In this document: in pieces, positions 28,667 to 37,747 of the stretch | Numbering within the stretch: position 1 is the first letter of the stretch | Layout: the number at the start of each line of letters is the position of its first letter | IMG/VR virus record: IMGVR_UViG_3300009152_000003 | Coordinates: 1-64,000 of that record | Strand: one strand, 5' to 3' | Length of the DNA stretch: 64,000 nucleotides | Source: a virus | Position numbers and translations under genes: made by a program | The notes under the pieces: generated by a model | Databases searched by the model: none | What the model saw: the letters and a program-made list of their open reading frames with translations, nothing else | Told to the model about the DNA's origin: nothing

Positions 28667-29536
28667 CTAAGCAGTCAATCCGACAGCCTCGTCAAGCATG
28701 TACCTCGGTCGAGTCGGCTCCGTCCAGGGCAGGACCTCGCTGCAATTCACGACCTGGGCATCGAGCTTGGGGCAGTAGACAAACCGCGAAGCGCCCGGCC
28801 GGGGGTCGATACACGCCGTGCAGGTGAGGACGTAGTCAGAGTTGTGCTGCCGGTCCGGCCACTCGACAGGATGCCCGTGTTGCGGGTCGATGGCGCCGTA
28901 CCTCTCCCGGTCGTACGGCACGTCAAACTCCTCGATGTAGCGCCAGATGTCCGCGTGGCTCCAGTGCCGCAAGGGGAACAGCGCCAGGGCCCCATCGACC
29001 CGCATGGCCGCGTCGGCACCAGTGCCAGCCGCACCGCCCAGGACGATGTCACTGTCGCAGCCCTTGTGCCCGACCCAGAAGGCCTGAAACGGCGTGTGCA
29101 TTTCCAGCCGCTCCTGTTTCGGGCGGCGAGCCATGTCAACTGCACAGGCCCAGGGTTCTTCGGGGCCGCTGGAGGGGCCTTCGCCGCGGTGCGTGATCCC
29201 TGTGGGGCACGAGAAGTTGCCAGCGTCGAGCGTGTAGACGTTCTGCAGCTCGAACTCATTGCCGGTCACCTGAAAAGCCACCATGGCTGGGTGCCACGAG
29301 ATCACCTGCAGCCCCCAATCTCGGATCAGCTGGTCGTGAAACGAGTACCGCCGTGGCTGCCAGGGCTCACGAAAGAGAATCAGCGGCAGCTGCAAGCCGG
29401 CTTCGCGCAGCAGATGCAGCAGCACCATCGAGTCCTTGCCGCCGGACCAGAGGATTGCGCTCAGCGGAGCCTGACGGGCCCAGCGCTCAATCGACTTCCT
29501 GGTATCCGCCAGGAGGGGCCAAGACTCTTCCCTCAT
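28667..29536 (-). CDS. PAPS reductase family (PP-loop) protein
   Basis: WSGGKDSMVLLHL PP-loop; PLRHWSHADIWRYI; C-terminal CTAC..YCP; start taken at MREESW. Confidence 0.85.
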   Translation of the reverse strand: MREESWPLLADTRKSIERWARQAPLSAILWSGGKDSMVLLHLLREAGLQLPLILFREPWQPRRYSFHDQLIRDWGLQVISWHPAMVAFQVTGNEFELQNVYTLDAGNFSCPTGITHRGEGPSSGPEEPWACAVDMARRPKQERLEMHTPFQAFWVGHKGCDSDIVLGGAAGTGADAAMRVDGALALFPLRHWSHADIWRYIEEFDVPYDRERYGAIDPQHGHPVEWPDRQHNSDYVLTCTACIDPRPGASRFVYCPKLDAQVVNCSEVLPWTEPTRPRYMLDEAVGLTA

Positions 29537-29537
29537 T

Positions 29538-29849
29538 TCAGATGAGGGCAATGCCTGCTGTGACGGCCGCTCCAACGCCCGTCGAGACGGCAGCCCCGGC
29601 GGCGGTCTTGACCAGGTCCATACCCAGGTTGGACTGCTTCGGAGCCTGCTGCTGATAAGACTGTTGCCCCTGCTGCTGCGCCTGCAGCTTCCGCTTCCCC
29701 GCTATTTCGTAGGCCTTGACGCGGCCATCGTTCTTGATCTTTTCAATTTGGTAAGCGTTGTCGAGGTCGTCCTGATCTTGCTGGGCGTCGCTGAACCTCG
29801 TGTCTCCAAAGACCTTGGAGGCTCCGCTCGGTGCAAATGGATCAAACAT
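29538..29849 (-). CDS. Hypothetical protein with C-terminal hydrophobic segment
   Basis: 103 aa; TAAGAAVSTGVGAAVTAGIALI. Confidence 0.55.
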   Translation of the reverse strand: MFDPFAPSGASKVFGDTRFSDAQQDQDDLDNAYQIEKIKNDGRVKAYEIAGKRKLQAQQQGQQSYQQQAPKQSNLGMDLVKTAAGAAVSTGVGAAVTAGIALI

Positions 29850-29852
29850 GAC

Positions 29853-30209
29853 TCAACCGAGGAGGGAACCTTTCATTGAGAACCCCGTCTTCCACGCGGT
29901 CTCCATTGGGTTGGACGCGGTCTTCGGCTGAAACAGTGACCCAATACCTCGGCCAAGGGCACCACCCACTGCATCGCCAATGACGCCACCGGTCTGTTGA
30001 GCCAGTGACGACCAGGGCCCCTGGCTGCTGCCCTTGCCCGGGCTGGGAGCCGTATTGGCATTCCCTTGGCCAATTGCGCTGTACATCGCGGCAGCTTTGT
30101 CGACCCGCTGACCGTCCTCTGCGACGCGGCGCTGGGTCTGCGCCCGCTGCAGCGCCTGCAGGCGGTTGCCGAATGGACTCTCGCTGTAGATGGAGGAGCT
30201 ACTGGCCAA
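29853..30209 (-). CDS. Glycine-zipper hypothetical protein
   Basis: GGVIGDAVGGALGRGIG. Confidence 0.5.
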   Translation of the reverse strand: MASSSSIYSESPFGNRLQALQRAQTQRRVAEDGQRVDKAAAMYSAIGQGNANTAPSPGKGSSQGPWSSLAQQTGGVIGDAVGGALGRGIGSLFQPKTASNPMETAWKTGFSMKGSLLG

Positions 30210-30238
30210 CTGGCTTGCACCATGCCTGCCCAGGCAGT

Positions 30239-31723
30239 CTAGGGGAGATCAGGTCGCTGGCCCGTGGCTGGAGCGATCAGTGCCGCTGCCCGGCGCGCTT
30301 CCTCTTCTTCCTGGCGATTTTGCTCCAGGTTGTTGGCCCGGCGGATCTGCTCCAGCAGCATGGCGCCCGCGCCGGTAATGCCCAATCCTGCCGAAGCACC
30401 CAGAACCGCCCCCTTGAGCAAGGGGAGCTCTACCTTGTCGAGCTGGGCCGCGTGTGCCCGGGCTGCCTCGTTGTGGATCTGCGTGGCTTCTTCGATCGTG
30501 AACTTGCCATTCAGTGGCCCGAAGACCCCGACCTCCTGTCCGTCCCTCTTCCCGCCGCTGACTCGGGCTCGATCGGTCCCCGTGCCATGGCGCTTGGCGT
30601 CCGCAAGGAGGCTGCGTGCTTGCTTGAGTCGCTCCTTGGTGCCAAGGATTTCGTCTTTCTCAAAAGGATCGAGTGCGCCTCTGGCATTCAGCCGACTGAA
30701 CTCTCCCTTTGCGGCAACCCCGCGGCCTGCCATCCGGATCCCCTCTCGCATGCCGGCAATCCCGCCAATAACCGGCAACAGGCCGGTCAGAAGTGGGATT
30801 GACTTGCCGACGAAGTTGACTTCCGGGCCATTGACTCCCTCCGGAGTGAACTTGATCATCGACTTGTCCCCGTGCAGGAACGCTTTGTACGACTCGTATT
30901 CACCCCTGGAGATGTCCGGTCGCTCTTGGACGAACTCGTCGTACGGCAGCAGGGAGCCGGTACGGCCGACTGCGCGCATGGCAGCCTCCGCCAGGGGGTC
31001 GGAGCTCTGCCGCTTGTCCTCTTCGCTTGGCAGCACGGCCGAATAGCCGGGTTGGCGGAACAGGGTCCCGGTCGCGGCAGAGGCACCCAGGATGATCGGA
31101 AACGCCGCCGCAAAGCGCAGGTGATTCCGTGACATTGGGGCGCCTGGAGGCGCGTCAAACCTGTTTTCCCTGAGCGGCTCCCTGATGTCCTCGATGGACC
31201 CGTGGATCGCCATCCGGCCGCCGAGGTTGGATGCAGCCTCGTAGGCGTTGAGGAACCACCAGATGTTCTGGAGCCCCTGGGTCGTCACATCCTTGGCGGC
31301 CAGACCAGCAATCTGGGCAGCTTGGCGGCCGATGGTGCCGGCCCTCCCGGGCGTGCGGGGCATGCCGCTCAGCTCGGGGTACTGCCCGATCCGCGTCGTG
31401 CGCTCCCTGACTTCGGGCTCCCGAACTCGCAGCTCGTCGAACTCGTTGTTGATCTCGTCCCCGTAGCCGCCGACCGCGATCTTCTTGCCGCGGACGTCAA
31501 ACTCAAAGCGTGGGGCCACCTGCCGCGCGGCATCGATCAGGCTCGACTGGCTCAGCAACCACGCCAGGGGGTTGGCATCGGAGCGATGTTGCGTGGGGTG
31601 CTGGTTGCCGGAGCGGAAGTCCGGGACGCTGGAATAGGCCCGCCCAAACACCTGGGCAGCTTCATCGAGTCGGGGGCGCAGGTTCTCCCAGCTCCAGCGA
31701 TTACCTGGCATGCCGCCAGCCAT
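30239..31723 (-). CDS. Candidate internal virion/ejection protein
   Basis: 494 aa with three hydrophobic Gly-rich segments. Confidence 0.55.
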   Translation of the reverse strand: MAGGMPGNRWSWENLRPRLDEAAQVFGRAYSSVPDFRSGNQHPTQHRSDANPLAWLLSQSSLIDAARQVAPRFEFDVRGKKIAVGGYGDEINNEFDELRVREPEVRERTTRIGQYPELSGMPRTPGRAGTIGRQAAQIAGLAAKDVTTQGLQNIWWFLNAYEAASNLGGRMAIHGSIEDIREPLRENRFDAPPGAPMSRNHLRFAAAFPIILGASAATGTLFRQPGYSAVLPSEEDKRQSSDPLAEAAMRAVGRTGSLLPYDEFVQERPDISRGEYESYKAFLHGDKSMIKFTPEGVNGPEVNFVGKSIPLLTGLLPVIGGIAGMREGIRMAGRGVAAKGEFSRLNARGALDPFEKDEILGTKERLKQARSLLADAKRHGTGTDRARVSGGKRDGQEVGVFGPLNGKFTIEEATQIHNEAARAHAAQLDKVELPLLKGAVLGASAGLGITGAGAMLLEQIRRANNLEQNRQEEEEARRAAALIAPATGQRPDLP

Positions 31724-32271
31724 CAGACCATGCCTCCTTCCATGCCACCGCCAAGGAATGGCAGTTGCATCCCGGGCGGGAACATGTAGCCGCGGATCCC
31801 GGCAGCGACCAGGGCCTCCCGGCGGATCTCTTCGTCACGAGCGGCCAACTCGTCACGCTGCTCATCGCTCATGCGCTTTTCGAAGTCCTCGTAGGCGCTG
31901 GTCGCAAACGGCCTGGGCACAAAGCCATATCCAAGCAGTTCGGTACCCATTTCTGAGGCACCCTTGATCCCTGCGGCCATCTCATGGCCAAGGGGAGCCC
32001 CCATGCGGCGAGCGCCGCCAACAACGCCATGGCCAAATCCACGGCCCAGGGTCTGCAGCATCAGGCCGCCGGCCAAGTCTTCTGCGCCGGCTCCGAAGCG
32101 AGTCAGGTTGTCAGTCCCCTCCGGTTGGTTCATGGCCGTCATGCCAGCAAAGGCCACGTTGGGCACGACGCTCATCATCCACTCCGCCCCGGACTGGGGG
32201 AGGACCGCCCTACCGACGCGGCTCCCGGCCAATCCCCTAAGACCTTGCAGTGCTTGAGCGGCGAATCTCAT
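31723..32271 (-). CDS. Gly-rich hypothetical protein
   Basis: 182 aa, coupled to the downstream gene. Confidence 0.5.
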   Translation of the reverse strand: MRFAAQALQGLRGLAGSRVGRAVLPQSGAEWMMSVVPNVAFAGMTAMNQPEGTDNLTRFGAGAEDLAGGLMLQTLGRGFGHGVVGGARRMGAPLGHEMAAGIKGASEMGTELLGYGFVPRPFATSAYEDFEKRMSDEQRDELAARDEEIRREALVAAGIRGYMFPPGMQLPFLGGGMEGGMV

Positions 32272-32276
32272 GGGGA

Positions 32277-32555
32277 TTAGGCGAGGGAGCTTGCAGGGTG
32301 AGCCAGCCCGGCGTTGACGTCGAACGCCTGCAGGCGTGCCGTGTAGTCGTCAAAGTGGTTGCGGTACCGGTTGGACGCGTCCGCAAATTCCCCTTGCTGG
32401 CCAACCTTCCCAAAGTTGCTGGAAGCCGACTTGACGGGGGTGCCTTCAACAGAGGTCATCGCAACGTCACCCTTGCGCTCCTCTTCGAGGCTGGCGGCGT
32501 TGAGGGCCGCCACGAGTTGATCGCCTGCAAAGCGATTGCGGGTAGAGCTCCTCAC
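32277..32555 (-). CDS. Hypothetical protein
   Basis: 92 aa, GAGGAGG RBS and CTAGCAT -10 upstream. Confidence 0.55.
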   Translation of the reverse strand: MRSSTRNRFAGDQLVAALNAASLEEERKGDVAMTSVEGTPVKSASSNFGKVGQQGEFADASNRYRNHFDDYTARLQAFDVNAGLAHPASSLA

Positions 32556-32609
32556 GGCTGGTCCTCCTCTGGGGTCATGCTAGGCGGGGCGAGACTGAGT
32601 CCCGGCCGA

Positions 32610-35600
32610 TCACGAATAGGCGGTGCCAGGCCTGGATCGTTGGGGGCCGTAGACCGCCCAGCTACCGGAGGGGCTGAGCAGGTCCTGCAGGTAGGCAGCG
32701 CGTTCATTTTCGGCGTCCGCCTGTGTCAAGGCGCGGAAATCTCGGCGTGCTTGCAGCTCTCCTTGAGGGGAGATCGACGCAAGCTTTGCCTTCCGCGGCG
32801 AGTAGTTTGGCTGTCTTGGCGCGTTGTACCGGTCGCCTCGCTGCCCCCTCCATTGACCCTCTTCGGGGGCCAGCCATGGAGCGGGGCTGTTCCCCAGTCC
32901 TTGCACTTGTTCGCGCCCGGTGACAAGACCAGGCCTGACGATCTGGGCGACCCTGCGAGCGATCGCCATGTCGTCGATGGGCGCGCCAGTCGCCTGAGCA
33001 AAGGCGCTCTCGGCGACCTGGGCCGCGTGTCCAGGCGATAAGTTTCCAAGGCGCTGGGCCAGCCGTATGAACGGCTCCAGCGCAGCCTGACGCCCAGTGA
33101 TCGGACCATCGGCATCGCCGGCGCGCTCTAGCACCCTGTACCCCAGATTGCTCGAGCCTTCGTTGCTGCCAATCTCGACAAGATCGCTCCACCCGGGCTG
33201 GCGCTGCGTCACTCCAAGCTCTTCGAGTAGCGCGTCTTCGTCGAAGTCCTCAGGCCCGGGCGGGTAGAGCTCAGGCCCGAGCGGGTAGAGCCCCTGATTC
33301 CGCTCGGGCAACAGTTTGGCCAGGCTTGGGCTGGCCGCCAGGGCTTTGTCGCCACCACTGGCCGCGAGGATGTCGAGTAGGGGGGTCCCCGACAGTTCCG
33401 ACTGAGGGACTGCAGCTGCTTCGGCGAGAACCGCGGCGCGCTGCTGGTCCATCCGGCTGCGGATGTCGCGGGTCCTTGCGGAGCCCGAGAGACGAGGCTC
33501 CGCCTGCCGTGAAGTCCTTGACCAGAGCTCCCTGAGCGTCCGCGGCCCCGTCTGCTCCGGCTTCCTGGGGGCAAGTCGCTCGAACCCTGACTGAGGGTCG
33601 ATCCCTCTCAAGACACCCGGTATCGGCTCCTGGACAAAGTGAGCGTTGTTGGCCAGCGTTTGAGTCGCTTGCCGGAGCTGCTCCAGCTGCGTTTCGCTCT
33701 GTCTGCCGGCCGCGCCGCGCGGCACGGCCTGGCCTAGCGCGATCGAGAACGCCCCGGGGTTGACAGGGTCCATGAATCTCTCGATCCCTGCACCTTGCCC
33801 CGCAAACCCTGGCTCGGCACCGGTGTACCTTGCGATTTCATCCAGAAGGCTGATCGTTGTCCAGCCCTCTGGGTTGAGATCTTGCCGCTCTGCTATGGCT
33901 TTTCTGACTGCTGGCTGATTGGACAGCAGGTCGATGCCTGTGTGGGCCTTGGAGAAGCGACCGCTGTTCCATTCGTCGCTCCCGACACGGATCATGCGCG
34001 AGCTGGGCTCAGGGGTTCCGGTGTTGACGCCACCGGCGGCAACGATGGTTGGCCTCACCAGGTAGCCGGAGTCTCCCCAGCCCCCCAGGGTGCCGCCTGG
34101 GCCGGCTTCGTACTTGGAGAGGAACGGATTATCGGTAGGGGTGATCGAATATCCCCCTTGTCTGGCAGCCTCGAGGACCTGAGCAGAGACGTAGCGTCCC
34201 ATCTTTGAGTTGTCACCAGCGACTTGGGCTTGGCTGACTGGATCGACATCGACGTCCCTGGCAAATCCAGTGGCCTGGTTGAACTCTTTGAGCAGGGCGT
34301 CGTAGTTTCTGTTCATGGGATGCCCAATTCTGTAAAGGGGCTCGCCCGATTCGCCCCTTGCCTGGTACAACGGCACCGCTGTTGTTACCAGAGGCTTGCG
34401 CTGGCTGATCGCTTCAGCAACCTCGGGAAGATTGAGCCCAAGGAACATTGGATGATCCGGCCTTTCGGTTACAACAACACGGCCAATCCGGGTGCCGCCC
34501 TCTGACGCCTTTTGCGGGTCCTCGGGGATGAAGCGCTCAGACGTCAGAACCTCCTCGGGGCGGCTCAAGAGCGGAGTCTTGTGCCTGTCCAGCAAGAACT
34601 GAGTGAACTCGGGCAGCCTGACTTCCTTTTGCCTGTCCCAGGCAGCCGTGCTATCGGGGTCCATGTCCCGAGTCAAGACGACCATTGAGGGATCGACCCA
34701 TGCCCCACCGGGCTGCCACTCGCCCTGCGGCAGCCGGGACGCGCGAGTGGGGTTTTGATTTAGCTCTCGGGACGCAAGGTTCAGTGCACCGCCGTACTCT
34801 CTGTAAAGTCGGCCCCCTTTGGCGTCTTTCCGGCCTACTTGGCCTGCGCCAAGCTCTCCATCTAGGTAGCCATCAGATCGGGGTCCACGAGGCTCCGGAG
34901 GGTTGACTCTCCGCGAGTCGCGCCCTTGACGCTTCCTGTCGATAGCGCGCATGGCACGCCATTGCCTGGACTCTCCGCGATCGTATCCACGCAAATCCTC
35001 AGGCGTTGCAATATCTTCACCGCCAAAAGAGACAGCCGGATCGCGCATTGGAGCGTACCGGCGCTGCTCCCTTGGCAATCTGTCAGTAAGGTCGGCTTCC
35101 CTTTGACTGTTGTATTTCAGGAGATCAGCATTGGTAACAGCAAGGAAATCGGAACCGTCTGGATTCAACTGAACTAGGACCCCTTGCTCGCCTAGTGCGC
35201 CCGGTTCTCCCCTCTGGTTTGCGTATTCCCAGACGTCAGACCTGTAACCGGGTTGCGTGAACACCCCAGACCCTTCCCCTATCTCGGTGGAGACGGCCGC
35301 AGCGGAGGGGTACGCCTTGACTTCGTAGTCGGATCCAGCGGCTGCATCGATGTCAGCACGCGTAACACGCTTCCCTAGCGGCGTCAGCACTTGCCTGCCC
35401 AGGGGGTCCCGCCCGCGGAGGGCAAGAGTTCCGTCCAGAGCGCCCTTGCGGATTGCTTCTGTGATTGATTGGGACTGCGCTCCGCTTTCCCGACTGAACG
35501 CGGCAAATTTGGGCAGTCGAACCACGCGATCTTCGTCGGGCATCGCGGTGTAAACGCTTCCCTGAGGAGCTCCCTCCGTTGCCGCCTGGATAGCGCGCGC

Positions 35601-35957
35601 CGTGTCATCTACTGCCTGGTTTGCGTACGTTGCAGGGTCAAACAACAACCCTTGGCTGGAGTAGCCAGACCGCCGATCGGCGCGTTCGCTCCGTCCAGGG
35701 CCGGGGCTTTTGCTCCAGGTCGCCCACGGGGTTGGTTTTGGTGGTTTGCTTGAGTCGAACTTTGACGGTTGGGGGTCGTAATACGCGGGAGCGTGCCTGA
35801 TCGGTTCAAACAGCGCGCGAGCCGCGTTTTCCTCCCCGAAACCGGGCATCCCGGGCGAGGCGGGGCCCTTGGGCACCGAGCCAAATGCTTTGCGGGGCTC
35901 TCCGATGTCGCGAATCCCACCAATTCGCCGGCCGATGCCCCCATCGCGACCCGCCAT
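32610..35957 (-). CDS. Large hypothetical protein, candidate internal virion protein
   Basis: 1115 aa open frame, first gene of the late block; no catalytic motif recognised. Confidence 0.6.
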   Translation of the reverse strand: MAGRDGGIGRRIGGIRDIGEPRKAFGSVPKGPASPGMPGFGEENAARALFEPIRHAPAYYDPQPSKFDSSKPPKPTPWATWSKSPGPGRSERADRRSGYSSQGLLFDPATYANQAVDDTARAIQAATEGAPQGSVYTAMPDEDRVVRLPKFAAFSRESGAQSQSITEAIRKGALDGTLALRGRDPLGRQVLTPLGKRVTRADIDAAAGSDYEVKAYPSAAAVSTEIGEGSGVFTQPGYRSDVWEYANQRGEPGALGEQGVLVQLNPDGSDFLAVTNADLLKYNSQREADLTDRLPREQRRYAPMRDPAVSFGGEDIATPEDLRGYDRGESRQWRAMRAIDRKRQGRDSRRVNPPEPRGPRSDGYLDGELGAGQVGRKDAKGGRLYREYGGALNLASRELNQNPTRASRLPQGEWQPGGAWVDPSMVVLTRDMDPDSTAAWDRQKEVRLPEFTQFLLDRHKTPLLSRPEEVLTSERFIPEDPQKASEGGTRIGRVVVTERPDHPMFLGLNLPEVAEAISQRKPLVTTAVPLYQARGESGEPLYRIGHPMNRNYDALLKEFNQATGFARDVDVDPVSQAQVAGDNSKMGRYVSAQVLEAARQGGYSITPTDNPFLSKYEAGPGGTLGGWGDSGYLVRPTIVAAGGVNTGTPEPSSRMIRVGSDEWNSGRFSKAHTGIDLLSNQPAVRKAIAERQDLNPEGWTTISLLDEIARYTGAEPGFAGQGAGIERFMDPVNPGAFSIALGQAVPRGAAGRQSETQLEQLRQATQTLANNAHFVQEPIPGVLRGIDPQSGFERLAPRKPEQTGPRTLRELWSRTSRQAEPRLSGSARTRDIRSRMDQQRAAVLAEAAAVPQSELSGTPLLDILAASGGDKALAASPSLAKLLPERNQGLYPLGPELYPPGPEDFDEDALLEELGVTQRQPGWSDLVEIGSNEGSSNLGYRVLERAGDADGPITGRQAALEPFIRLAQRLGNLSPGHAAQVAESAFAQATGAPIDDMAIARRVAQIVRPGLVTGREQVQGLGNSPAPWLAPEEGQWRGQRGDRYNAPRQPNYSPRKAKLASISPQGELQARRDFRALTQADAENERAAYLQDLLSPSGSWAVYGPQRSRPGTAYS

Positions 35958-36059
35958 TGCTTGCTTGCCCCACGAATTGCCGTCAGATCAGTCTATCGGT
36001 GTTGTTTGCTAGGGCTTGCGGAGCGCTTGAGCGCGTCATTATGCGTTTTCGCACTACGA

Positions 36060-36650
36060 TTCAAGGACCTGAAGCAAAAAAGGGCTCCTATAGGACCTTC
36101 AATTTTTTGTTGCGGCGCGCGACAGACATCAAAACCCACCCCAAGCGAGCAAGATTGCGGGAGGAAAAAAAAAGAGTGCAGTTGCGGCCAAGATGCTGGG
36201 CACGCATGCGTCCATTGCCTATTAATAGCAGGCACCAGCAGCAAGAGCAGGCGCCGTAGCAGCGCGCATGGCGCCTCAGCAGCAGCACACGCCATCCCCA
36301 CGCAGCTCGTGCTATCCACACGCCTCGTAGGCGCATGCACGCGCTACTCACGCGCTCGCTTACGCACACCGCAGCGCTGCAATCGCAGCCTGCGATCTCT
36401 CCTGCAGCTGCAACACACGCGTCTGCAACACACGCAGCGCCTGCAGCGCACACGCACACACACTCGCTACACATCACTTCCTATTCCTTCTACCCTCTTA
36501 CTCATTCTCTACCTATCTCAACGCCTCAAACCCCCTCCAACGCAGTCACTCTCCACTGCTTCCTTAATAGCTCACCTGCACACTCGCTACGCGGGAGCAC
36601 GCTCGCCACACACACTCCACGCACGCTGCGTAGGGGGCAGTAGTGGCATT
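36060..36650. other. Non-coding divergence region with A/T tracts and CA/CG-alternating low-complexity repeats
   Basis: A6, T6 and A9 tracts; tandem CTGCAACACACGC; CACACTCGCTAC twice; pyrimidine-rich stretch; lies between the divergent gene blocks. Confidence 0.6.
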
Positions 36651-36658
36651 GGTGTGCT

Positions 36659-36673
36659 CACTCAGCAGTGCAC
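36659..36673 (+). promoter_or_regulatory. CACTCAGCAGTGCAC element, copy 1
   Basis: Exact 15-mer; outer stem GTGTGCT/AGCATAC. Confidence 0.8.
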
Positions 36674-36750
36674 GTGCCTGCTGTGCAGCATACACGCTCC
36701 AGCAACCACTTGGTTTCGCTTATGCGCAATCAAGGGGGTTCAAATGAGCT

Positions 36751-36765
36751 CACTCAGCAGTGCAC
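36751..36765 (+). promoter_or_regulatory. CACTCAGCAGTGCAC element, copy 2
   Basis: Exact 15-mer; outer stem ATGAGCT/AGCTCAT; next ATG at 36821. Confidence 0.8.
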
Positions 36766-36820
36766 ATGTTTGTTGAGCAGCTCATGTCCTCTCTTGGCCC
36801 AGCGCAAGCCGGCTTCGCTC

Positions 36821-36967
36821 ATGCTCCGCATCATTTCCTTCGCTCAAGACAACCCCAAGACTTACTTGGCCGGATGTCTTGCATTCGGGACCCTCCTCCG
36901 CCTGGCCATGTGCCACGGCAACTTGGATCTCTTCATGGATCCCCTCTATCCGCTCATCCACCGCTAG
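36821..36967 (+). CDS. Small hydrophobic early protein (48 aa)
   Basis: MLRIISFAQDNPK...; lies between element copy 2 and a terminator. Confidence 0.6.
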   Translation: MLRIISFAQDNPKTYLAGCLAFGTLLRLAMCHGNLDLFMDPLYPLIHR

Positions 36968-36987
36968 TGCCACATCTGGCACCCCCG
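36965..36987. repeat. 23-bp exact repeat TAGTGCCACATCTGGCACCCCCG, copy 1
   Basis: Identical to 38144-38166; contains dyad GTGCCA-CATC-TGGCAC. Confidence 0.75.
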
Positions 36988-36991
36988 TCTC

Positions 36992-37027
36992 GCCCCTGGT
37001 CCCGCACACGCGGATCAGGGGCTTTTT
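36992..37027 (+). terminator. Intrinsic terminator
   Basis: GCCCCTGGTCC/GGATCAGGGGC stem + T5. Confidence 0.7.
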
Positions 37028-37036
37028 CAGTGAGCT

Positions 37037-37051
37037 CACTCAGCAGTGCAC
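37037..37051 (+). promoter_or_regulatory. CACTCAGCAGTGCAC element, copy 3
   Basis: Exact 15-mer 10 nt after a terminator; next ATG at 37107. Confidence 0.8.
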
Positions 37052-37106
37052 ATGCCTGTTGAGCGGCTCAGGGACCTCTCGCCCCGGTGAAAGCCGGGTT
37101 CCCTCA

Positions 37107-37676
37107 ATGGCTACCACTCAGACCAAGGCCGCTCTCGCCGAAGCCCTCGAGGCTGCCACCAGCCGCATCAGCGAACTGGAAGCCCTCATCGCTGCCGCCC
37201 AGAGCGAGCAGCAACAGCCAACCGCTGCCGCCCATCTGGATCAGGTCCTCTGGATCCAGCGCAAGCCGCTCGCGGAGCGCACACCTGACGGCAAAGGCAA
37301 CATTGGCTACACCCGCAGCGGAATGCTCACTGTGCGCTTCGCCGCGCAATACGCCTCCCTCGACAAACGGACAGGCACCCGCACCTTCGGCGTCTGGAAG
37401 TTCTTCACTTCCTACGGCGAAGTCGCCCAGCAGGTCATCGACCTGATGCGCACTGAAGACCGCCTCGTCCGAGTCCAGGCCTACGAAGAGCCCTGGTCCA
37501 GCGCTCAAGACCCCAACGCTCGCAACAGCGACTGGGTCGTACGAGGCTTCAACCCTATCGGCCGCGGCGCCGGCACTCCCCCGGAGCTGCCGCCCGTGCC
37601 CGCCAAAGCCGCCCCTGCTGCAGCACCCGCTGCCGCAGCGCCTGCCCAGCCCCAGCTGGCACCAGTCGCCTTCTGA
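37107..37676 (+). CDS. Divergent SSB-like OB-fold protein
   Basis: TVRFAAQ..WKFFTSYGEVAQQV..LVRVQAY..W..WVV resembles the SSB pattern; N-terminal coiled coil; Pro/Ala tail. Confidence 0.55.
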   Translation: MATTQTKAALAEALEAATSRISELEALIAAAQSEQQQPTAAAHLDQVLWIQRKPLAERTPDGKGNIGYTRSGMLTVRFAAQYASLDKRTGTRTFGVWKFFTSYGEVAQQVIDLMRTEDRLVRVQAYEEPWSSAQDPNARNSDWVVRGFNPIGRGAGTPPELPPVPAKAAPAAAPAAAAPAQPQLAPVAF

Positions 37677-37683
37677 GGCACAC

Positions 37684-37724
37684 GCCCCCGGCTCCGCCAT
37701 CTGGCGGGGTTCGGGGGCTTTTTT
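37684..37724 (+). terminator. Intrinsic terminator
   Basis: GCCCCCGGCTCCGCC/GGCGGGGTTCGGGGGC stem + T6. Confidence 0.75.
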
Positions 37725-37732
37725 ATTGGCCC

Positions 37733-37747
37733 CACTCAGCAGTGCAC
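37733..37747 (+). promoter_or_regulatory. CACTCAGCAGTGCAC element, copy 4
   Basis: Exact 15-mer 9 nt after a terminator; next ATG at 37807. Confidence 0.8.

Noticed and set aside
32610-35957. Virion RNA polymerase
   Set aside because: No DxDGD or single-subunit polymerase motifs recognised, and much shorter than N4 vRNAP; a structure search is needed to exclude it fully
35769-36776. 335-aa ORF across the divergence region
   Set aside because: Translation of low-complexity repeats; overlaps the regulatory motifs; lacks the block's codon bias
37020-37051. Hammerhead ribozyme on the minus strand (CTGCTGA...TGAAA)
   Set aside because: The core would be CUGCUGA rather than CUGANGA, and the GAAA arrangement is not shared by the other copies
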